A stretch of 64,000 nt of DNA from NCBI GenBank assembly GCA_965217585.1, contig OZ244561.1:4640001-4704000 (forward strand), written 5' to 3'. Shown here one piece after another: positions 57,215 through 64,000 of the stretch. The notes below the pieces were generated by a model that was not told where the DNA came from, made no database searches, and was given only the letters and a program-made list of their open reading frames with translations. Source of the DNA: Candidatus Latescibacterota bacterium. GTDB taxonomy: Bacteria; Latescibacterota; UBA2968; UBA8231. Numbering within the stretch: position 1 is the stretch's first letter; each line of letters opens with the position of its first letter. Both the position numbers and the translations under genes were made by a program.

Positions 57215-58510
57215 GTGAAACTGAAATCTGTGGAGATTGAAAACTATCGCGCCATTGAAAAGCTCAAGCTGCCACTCGATCCGTCGCTGACGGTGTTGCA
57301 CGGCGACAATGGGTACGGCAAGACGAGCGTTCTGAGTGCGATTGCGGTGGGATTGGGGGATGAGGCTATGCTCGGACCGTTTCTCGATGTCTTCATTTAT
57401 TTTTGCGAAGAGGATTGGCGCGAAGGCGCAGGGAATCCGCTGGTATCGCTCACTTCAATGGACGGAAAGGCGTGTGAGCGACCAGGGACTAGGTCGGTGG
57501 TTAAGCGGAAGAAGGCGGAGGAAGAGATGTCGGTCCACCGGGAGAATCTGGAGGAGGCGCTGGTCGAGGATAGCCATGCAGATAACAACGATATGCCGAT
57601 CTGTGTCCTTTATGGTACTGATCGGACGGTCTCAGATGTGCCAGAATCGGTGGTATCTCCGCGCCATTTACCGCGCCGGGTTTCTCGGTTAGATGCGCTG
57701 AAAGGGGCGCTTTCTGCTCGCACGGATTTTGAGGACCTCTTTGCTTGGTTCTATTTCAAGGAGGACGAGGAATTGAGGGAACAGAAGGAACGCCGCGACT
57801 TCGATTATCAGCTAAAAGAGGTATCTGCGGTGCGCCAAGCGATCTCGTCCATGCTTCCGGAAGTGTCCGACCCTCGTACCGAGTCGAATCCTCCCCGTTT
57901 TATAGTGTCCCAGAAATCGGAGCAAGGACAAGTAGAAAAGCTCCCACTCGACCAGCTAAGTGGGGGCTATCGCATTATGCTGGCGCTGGCGGCCGATCTG
58001 GCACGGCGGATGGTGCAGGGCAATCCGCACTTGGACGACCCACTTGAATCCGAGGCGGTTGTCCTGATTGACGAGGTGGAACTGCATCTGCATCCAAAAT
58101 GGCAGCAACGCATCTTGGACGATCTGCAGCGGACGTTCCCGAATGCGCAGTTTATCGTCTCTACTCACAGCCCGCAGGTGCTGACTACGGTCGAGCCGCA
58201 GCGCATTGTGGAACTTGCTCGAGAAGGCGACCGCATTGTTGCGGGGGCACCGGCAGGGGCGACGTATGGGGCCGAGGCGGGGGATGTGCTTTCCGTGGTG
58301 ATGGGCGTAAAAGAACGGCCCGAGAACGAGTTCACAAAAGCACTGGAACAATACCGGTATCTGATCAGGGAGGGACAGTGGGAGTCCGAAGAAGCCTTGG
58401 CTCTGCGAGCGAGTCTGGAGAGCATGTCTCCCTACGATCCGGCCCTCGATCGAGCTGACCTTGAAATCCGACGACGCAAGCTGTTTAAGCAGCGGGCCGA
58501 GTCGCCATGA
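57215..58510 (+). CDS. ABC-type ATPase, Septu PtuA/retron-effector-like
   Basis: RBS AAGGAGG; IENYRAI, GDNGYGKTS, LSGGYR, VLIDEVELHLHPKWQ, STHSPQV. Confidence 0.85.
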   Translation: MKLKSVEIENYRAIEKLKLPLDPSLTVLHGDNGYGKTSVLSAIAVGLGDEAMLGPFLDVFIYFCEEDWREGAGNPLVSLTSMDGKACERPGTRSVVKRKKAEEEMSVHRENLEEALVEDSHADNNDMPICVLYGTDRTVSDVPESVVSPRHLPRRVSRLDALKGALSARTDFEDLFAWFYFKEDEELREQKERRDFDYQLKEVSAVRQAISSMLPEVSDPRTESNPPRFIVSQKSEQGQVEKLPLDQLSGGYRIMLALAADLARRMVQGNPHLDDPLESEAVVLIDEVELHLHPKWQQRILDDLQRTFPNAQFIVSTHSPQVLTTVEPQRIVELAREGDRIVAGAPAGATYGAEAGDVLSVVMGVKERPENEFTKALEQYRYLIREGQWESEEALALRASLESMSPYDPALDRADLEIRRRKLFKQRAESP

Positions 58511-58989
58511 AGAGGGTTCGCGAATTGAGTAACCCGACTCTTGGCCTTGACGAATACCTCGGTTGTATGGGTGAAGACGCGGATTGGGACGAATTTCGCT
58601 CTCACAATTCGGGGGCGTCGTACCGCGAACTTAGAGGTGCCCTAACCCAAAACCAACACGGACTCTGCGCTTACTGCGAGATTGCGATCAGAGGATGGCG
58701 TCGTCAGATTGAGCATGTGATCCCGCAGAGCGACGCCAAACTGGGCAAAGCGAAGGCCCTCGACATAGCCAACATGGTCGCCTGCTGTATGGGTGGAACC
58801 GTGCAGGATGATGAGGATCGTTATCGCAGTCCCGTGGGACATAACACGAGCTGTGGTCAGGCAAAGGGAAGTCAGAACGACGAAAATTTTATTGACCCTC
58901 GGATACTACCCGCGCTGCCCTCGCTTATGAGGGTAATTGACAACGGGCTGATTGAAGCAGACGAAAATGAGTACATAAAAAAACGATAG
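58507..58989 (+). CDS. HNH endonuclease, PtuB/TIGR02646-like, possibly C-terminally truncated
   Basis: ATGA coupling; LCAYCE, IEHVIPQS, NMVACC, SCGQAKG. Confidence 0.8.
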   Translation: MKRVRELSNPTLGLDEYLGCMGEDADWDEFRSHNSGASYRELRGALTQNQHGLCAYCEIAIRGWRRQIEHVIPQSDAKLGKAKALDIANMVACCMGGTVQDDEDRYRSPVGHNTSCGQAKGSQNDENFIDPRILPALPSLMRVIDNGLIEADENEYIKKR

Positions 58990-59012
58990 ATTATCTGTGG
59001 AGGATGAAACTC

Positions 59013-59735
59013 ATGTTCGGAACTATTCGCAACTCGTCCGGCGAAGAGTTGGACTACACTTTTCACGCCGGCACGGAGGGGTCGCGGCACATTGCCGTCT
59101 TGGGGCACGGCGTGACCGGCAACAAGGACCGCCCCTTTGTAGTAGCGCTCGCCGAGGGGCTAGCGGCTGCTGGCATCCACGCGCTGCGCTTTTCCTTTGC
59201 CGGTAACGGCGCGTCCGAAGGCCGCTTTGCCGACTCGACGATCTCCAAAGAGGTCGAAGATCTTGGCGCGGTGCTCAGCGCCTTGGACGGCTACTCGGTC
59301 TGCTATGTCGGCCACAGCATGGGAGGGGCGGTCGGCGTCTTGCGCACCAGCCGCGACGAGCGCATCCGTCTGCTCGTCTCTTTGGCCGGCATGGTGCATA
59401 CTCGCGCCTTTGCCGAGCGCGAGTTCGGCGAGGAGGTGCCCGACGAGGGCTGCATGTGGGACGAGCCAGACTGCCCGCTCTCGCAAGCGTACATGGACGA
59501 CATGGCCCAGATCGACACCGTGGTGGAACGCGGGGCCGAGATTGCGGTACCTTGGCTGTTGATCCACGGCAGCGAGGACGACGTGGTGCCGATTGCCAAC
59601 TCGCATGACATCCTCGCCCAAGCCAGCGACACCGCCGAACTCGTCGTCATCGACGGAGCCGACCACGTCTTTAGCGAGCACGCGCAAGTCATGGTCGAAA
59701 AGATCGTCGGTTGGCTACAAGGGCAGTGGGCATAA
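59013..59735 (+). CDS. Alpha/beta hydrolase
   Basis: RBS GGAGG; HG, GHSMGG nucleophile elbow, HGSEDDVV, GADH. Confidence 0.9.
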   Translation: MFGTIRNSSGEELDYTFHAGTEGSRHIAVLGHGVTGNKDRPFVVALAEGLAAAGIHALRFSFAGNGASEGRFADSTISKEVEDLGAVLSALDGYSVCYVGHSMGGAVGVLRTSRDERIRLLVSLAGMVHTRAFAEREFGEEVPDEGCMWDEPDCPLSQAYMDDMAQIDTVVERGAEIAVPWLLIHGSEDDVVPIANSHDILAQASDTAELVVIDGADHVFSEHAQVMVEKIVGWLQGQWA

Positions 59736-59840
59736 GCATCCCCGCAGGTCGCAGCCTACCAGAGATAGCGCGCAACTCCTATCTTTAAAGGAGTACGCCC
59801 GGCAATCCCGCCGGCCATGTGCGCTCTGCCAAGCTAAGCC

Positions 59841-62699
59841 ATGCAAAAGAAAACCCCGAGTCGCCTGAGTGCTCGCCAGCAACGGACCTTGCTGGCGGTC
59901 GTGGTCCTAGGCGTCTTCATGGTCGCCGATACGCTCTATCTGCTGACCAACCGGCTGGCCGACGTCTTGGACTCGGGTTATTTCGCGGTCACTGACATTT
60001 CCCTGCCCAAGTTTTACCAGGGCATGGTGCTGTCGCATACGGGCGTCGGTCTGGTGCTGGTGGTGTTGGCGATGGGCTTTGTGGCTTGGCACCTACCGGC
60101 CGTGTGGCGCAGAAGCCGCAAGAGGGCCATCCTCACCGGCATCGCCACGCTGACGCTGGGCATCTTACTGGCCATCAGCGGGCTGTTCATCCTCAGCGCG
60201 GCGAGCAACCGCGGCAATCCGGTGGCCTACTGGAGCCACGTGGCCGCGGCGGTTTTAGTCCCTCTCTTTTACTTGGCGCACCGCCGCCTCTCGCTGTGGA
60301 AGCCCTCCGCGCGGAGCTATCGCATAGTGCCCGTAGCGGTGGTTGGGCTGTTGGCGCTAGCCGTGGTGCTACACGGGTTGACCTATAGCGGCGAGCAGTA
60401 CACGCAGGCGGCCGAGCAGGCATTCGCCGCTGGCAAGCACACCGGCCCGGGTTCCAAGGCGCGGCAGGTCGCCGACTTTGCCCCAGACGACTTCGTACCC
60501 GCCAATTTTGTCCCGGCTGAAAGCCCCTTTTTCCCGGCGGCTACTACGACTACGACCGGCGACATTCTGCCCTCGCGGATCATCACTCGCGGCGATCTTT
60601 CGCAGCCGGAGAAACTTGCCGGGGACCTCGACGAGTACGGCTTTGTGGTCAACGAGCCGATTGGCTCGGAGACTTGCGCCCGTTGCCACGCGGCGGTCGT
60701 CGAACAGTGGGCGACATCGGCGCATCGCTTTGCCTCGTTTAACAACCCCTTCTACGAGGCGACGATCAACGACATGCGCAGCAACTCGACCGAGAGCAAC
60801 GCGGAGGTCGCTGCCCATATTGCCTATTACAAGGACTTGGCGGGGGAGGAGGGCAAAATCAAGTCCAAGTGGTGCTCGGGTTGCCACGATCCGGCGCTGA
60901 TGCTGGCGGGTAAAATGACCGAGGAGATCGACCGCGCCTCGCCCCAGGCCCAAGCCGGGCTGACCTGCCTGGGCTGCCACGCCATCGACGAAATTCACGA
61001 TCAGACCGGCAACGGCAACTACAACATCGCCGACGAGCAGGAGGATCCCTATCTGTTCGCCAATGCCAAAGAAGGGGCTGGCCGCTTCGTGCACGACACT
61101 GCGCTGAAGGCGCGGCCCATCGTCCACAAAAAGCAGATGCTCAAGCCCTTTTTCCGCACCTCTGAGTTTTGCGCCACCTGCCACAAGGTCAGCCTCGACT
61201 CGCGCGTCAATGGCTACCGCTGGCTGCGCGGCCAAGACGAATATGACAATTGGCACGACAGCGGCGTGGCGCTCAACGCCTCCAGGACTTTCTACCTGCC
61301 CGGTGTCAAGCGGGTCTGCCAGGACTGCCACATGCCGCTGGAGGAAGCGGTCGCCGGTGACGTGTCGGCGCGGGATGGCTACGTCAAGTCGCACCGCTTT
61401 TTGGCGGTCAACACGGCCCTGCCCTTCATCCGCGGCGACGAGGAGACCATCGCGCGGATCGAGGAATTTCTGCAAGACGAAAAACTCAGCGTCGATGTAT
61501 TCGCGCTGCACCACCAAGAAGAAGCGCACTACGCGCTGGACAAGAGCCAGCCAGCGCTGGTGCCCGGCGGCGAGTACGCATTCGACGTGGTGGTGCGCAA
61601 CAAGGGCGTCGGGCATACCTTCCCGGGCGGAACCAACGATTCCAACGAGGGCTGGCTAGAGGTCTCGGTGGTGGGAGACGACGACGTGGTGCTGGCTTTG
61701 AACGGGGCGGTGCAAGACGACGGGCACGTCGATTTGGGGGCGCATTTTTACAAGGCGCTGATGGTCGATGCAAAAGGCCAAGCCATCCATCGGCGCAACG
61801 CCCAGGACATCGTCACGGCCGTGTACGTGCGCACCATTGGTCCGGGTACGGCGGATGTAGCTCACTACAGCTTCGAGGTGCCCGCAGACTACGCGGGGCG
61901 CAAGCTGACGCTGCGGGCGCGGCTGCTGTGGCGCAAGTTCGACCGCGCCTATACGGAATTTGCCTTCAACAGCAACCGCCAAGGCTTCCGCCGCTTCGAC
62001 CAAGTGCCGGAGTTGCCGGTAACTGAGATCGCCCGCAGCGAAGTGGAGCTAGCGGTGGGAGGGTCGTCCGCGGCGGGTGCGCCGGATGCGGGCGACTGGA
62101 TGCGCTTCAACGACTATGGCATCGGCTTGCTGCTCCAAGACGATACCCAAGGTGCCGCACGGGCCTTTGCGACGGTGGAACAGCTAGCGCCCAAGCGCCT
62201 AGACGGCTGCCGCAACTTGGCTAGGGTTGCGGTGCGCGACGGTCACTTAGAGCGGGCCTACGAGCACTTGGGGGACTGCGAGACGCTGGTCACCGGCGAC
62301 GGGCAGACGGCTTGGGTTTGGGGCGTGGTGTTACAAGAGGACGGTCGCTACGAGGCGGCGGCGCAGGCGTATCGCCGGGTGTTGCGCGACTTTCCCGAGG
62401 ATCGGGCTTCATGGCGCAACTTGGGCCGGGTGCTCTATCTCGACGGCCGCTACGAGGAGGCTTTGGAGGCCCTCGACGGCGTGCTGGCTATTGATCCGGA
62501 AGACCGCGTCGCCCACTACCACCGAATGCTCTGCCTGCGCGCCCTTAGCCGCGAGGACGAGGCCCTCGTCGCCGAGCAGGCTTACCAGTACCACCAGATC
62601 GACGAGTCGGCTCAAGAGCTGACGCGCCGCTACCGGCTAGAGCATCCGCACGACAACCGCGAGGCACTCAAAATCCACGTTCATCCGTTGGGGAATTGA
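59841..62699 (+). CDS. Membrane-anchored multiheme cytochrome c with C-terminal TPR repeats
   Basis: Five N-terminal TM segments; five CxxCH (CARCH, CSGCH, CLGCH, CATCH, CQDCH); GHTFPGG; TPRs. Confidence 0.85.
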   Translation: MQKKTPSRLSARQQRTLLAVVVLGVFMVADTLYLLTNRLADVLDSGYFAVTDISLPKFYQGMVLSHTGVGLVLVVLAMGFVAWHLPAVWRRSRKRAILTGIATLTLGILLAISGLFILSAASNRGNPVAYWSHVAAAVLVPLFYLAHRRLSLWKPSARSYRIVPVAVVGLLALAVVLHGLTYSGEQYTQAAEQAFAAGKHTGPGSKARQVADFAPDDFVPANFVPAESPFFPAATTTTTGDILPSRIITRGDLSQPEKLAGDLDEYGFVVNEPIGSETCARCHAAVVEQWATSAHRFASFNNPFYEATINDMRSNSTESNAEVAAHIAYYKDLAGEEGKIKSKWCSGCHDPALMLAGKMTEEIDRASPQAQAGLTCLGCHAIDEIHDQTGNGNYNIADEQEDPYLFANAKEGAGRFVHDTALKARPIVHKKQMLKPFFRTSEFCATCHKVSLDSRVNGYRWLRGQDEYDNWHDSGVALNASRTFYLPGVKRVCQDCHMPLEEAVAGDVSARDGYVKSHRFLAVNTALPFIRGDEETIARIEEFLQDEKLSVDVFALHHQEEAHYALDKSQPALVPGGEYAFDVVVRNKGVGHTFPGGTNDSNEGWLEVSVVGDDDVVLALNGAVQDDGHVDLGAHFYKALMVDAKGQAIHRRNAQDIVTAVYVRTIGPGTADVAHYSFEVPADYAGRKLTLRARLLWRKFDRAYTEFAFNSNRQGFRRFDQVPELPVTEIARSEVELAVGGSSAAGAPDAGDWMRFNDYGIGLLLQDDTQGAARAFATVEQLAPKRLDGCRNLARVAVRDGHLERAYEHLGDCETLVTGDGQTAWVWGVVLQEDGRYEAAAQAYRRVLRDFPEDRASWRNLGRVLYLDGRYEEALEALDGVLAIDPEDRVAHYHRMLCLRALSREDEALVAEQAYQYHQIDESAQELTRRYRLEHPHDNREALKIHVHPLGN

Positions 62700-62734
62700 A
62701 TAATTGTTCGCCAGGATATAAGGAAACCTTAAGC

Positions 62735-63238
62735 GTGGGAAAATACTCAGGTCCAGAAGATGTCTATCGAGAGTTAGTTGATGAGTCTGAGGAGCATTGG
62801 TTGTATTGCTTGATTGCCTTCGCGATTGTCGAAGAACAAAAAATCGAGTGGATCAAGCACTACGAAGAGCAGTACAATACTCCGCCTAGCCCAGACCAAA
62901 TCCGCGAATGGTACGAGCAGCAGCCGACGGGTGTTCTCCTCCGTGCTAAGGGTACGGCCGAAAACGCCCTTCGGGTCTACTCGGATGAAGTCGTTGAGGC
63001 CATCGGGGACGCTTGGAGGAAGCAAGTCGAAGAGGAGACCATAGTCGGAGAGATCAGGCAGAATAGTCGCTTCTGGCCTCAATTTTGTATAAATTTAGTT
63101 GGAGGCTTCGCTGGTACTGTTCTATTCGCATCATTACTTGCACTGATAGCATTTTTTGTAATAAACGACACTTCGCCAGTTGCTATAGTTACAGACCTCA
63201 AAGCAAATAAGGAGGAGGTTGTAGATGACAAAGAATAG
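62735..63238 (+). CDS. Hypothetical protein with C-terminal TM helix
   Basis: Lower-GC ORF, acidic N-terminal part then hydrophobic segment; start 62696 or 62735. Confidence 0.65.
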   Translation: MGKYSGPEDVYRELVDESEEHWLYCLIAFAIVEEQKIEWIKHYEEQYNTPPSPDQIREWYEQQPTGVLLRAKGTAENALRVYSDEVVEAIGDAWRKQVEEETIVGEIRQNSRFWPQFCINLVGGFAGTVLFASLLALIAFFVINDTSPVAIVTDLKANKEEVVDDKE

Positions 63239-63476
63239 AGAGCAAACAGGCAGGAGGGCGGCTACAGCCGCGTCCAAGGTTATCAGAAGCAAAAGTGCGA
63301 GCAAGTCCGCCAAGTCGGCAGCCGGCTCTGCTCTGTCACAAAGAAAGAGCACAAAAGTCACCTCGAGTCGTGCTGCGTCGGCTGCTTCAAAGGTCCTTCG
63401 TAGCAGCGGTTCGAGCAAATCGGCCAAGACATCTTCCGGCTCTGCTCTGACCCAGAGGCCGAATAGAGAGAAGTAG
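63225..63476 (+). CDS. Small basic Ser/Ala/Lys-rich protein with two internal repeats
   Basis: RBS AAGGAGGAGG; RAAxAASKVxRSxxxSKSAKxxxGSALxQR twice. Confidence 0.75.
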   Translation: MTKNREQTGRRAATAASKVIRSKSASKSAKSAAGSALSQRKSTKVTSSRAASAASKVLRSSGSSKSAKTSSGSALTQRPNREK

Positions 63477-63614
63477 CTCTAAGCCCTATTAGAATGTAAA
63501 CGCTGCATTTTCCCAGCAGCTAAGCGGGTTTCTACGGCTCGACCCATATTTCGTCCTCCTTTTACAGCGATGACAGACGGCATTTTTCTTTTGCCCGGCA
63601 GCTCTAATCTTCCT

Positions 63615-64000
63615 ATGAAGCTTTTATCGAGGAGTATCCAGTTGGTCTGCGCGTTGCTGTGGGCTGCCTGCGGTCCGGAAGAACCTTCAGCCCCGGCTCC
63701 GACGCCCGAGTATACTAAAGCACCGACCGCCGACTACGCGGTGGGGCGCGGGCGGAAAGAGGCCCCTGCGGTGCGCTTTGTCGATGTGACGCGAGAGGCT
63801 GGTCTCGAATTCAGGCACGAGACTGGTGCGCGCGGCGACAAGTGGATGCCGGAAACCATGGGTAGCGGCTGCGCGCTTTTTGATTACGATGGGGACGGCT
63901 GGCTGGATGTGCTTTTGGTCAACAGCGAGGGGTGGCAGGGCGAAAAGGCTCCCGGCAAGCTCTACCGCAATCTCGGCAACGGCACTTTTGCCGACGCAAC
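63615..64000 (+). CDS. CRTAC1/ASPIC-UnbV FG-GAP repeat lipoprotein (3' partial)
   Basis: Manual translation: LLWAAC lipobox, FVDVTREAGLEFRH, PETMGSGCALFDYDGDGWLD, LYRNLGNGTFAD. Confidence 0.85.
   Translation, partial: MKLLSRSIQLVCALLWAACGPEEPSAPAPTPEYTKAPTADYAVGRGRKEAPAVRFVDVTREAGLEFRHETGARGDKWMPETMGSGCALFDYDGDGWLDVLLVNSEGWQGEKAPGKLYRNLGNGTFADA

Noticed and set aside
53166-58989. Type I-A retron
   Set aside because: PtuAB-like genes are present, but no reverse transcriptase (no YADD-type motif) and no msr/msd layout were found

Overview
GC-rich bacterial chromosome segment. FlgD-type C-terminal domains, a SWGxVK tail and eukaryote-like LRR/pentraxin domains suggest a Latescibacterota/Gemmatimonadota-like, possibly host-associated organism (inference only). 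In order: surface-glycan and nucleotide-sugar genes; two tandem secreted S8 peptidases; an orphan Panacea antitoxin; a ~14 kb aromatic amino-acid supra-operon (trpE(G), trpG, trpD, trpC, trpS, chorismate mutase, tyrA, aroA-like, aroE, argS, aroK, aroB, rimO) behind an unannotated Trp leader-peptide attenuator; a Wzy-type polysaccharide cluster; a decayed ABC-ATPase/DUF4276-like module; sugar-acid catabolism genes; a four-gene putative anti-phage operon; and a multiheme cytochrome-TPR plus CRTAC1 pair split by two small genes. Best candidate for an undescribed system: 53325-58989, where two STAND-like ATPases (one with wHTH and 43-aa TPR repeats) are coupled to a Septu PtuA/PtuB-like ATPase-HNH pair behind a perfect 21-bp inverted repeat. 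Also notable: an intact AroA-fold protein lacking nearly all catalytic motifs, and tyrA without a canonical start codon. No rRNA, tRNA, CRISPR array or transposase was recognised. All family calls come from motifs read by eye, not database searches.
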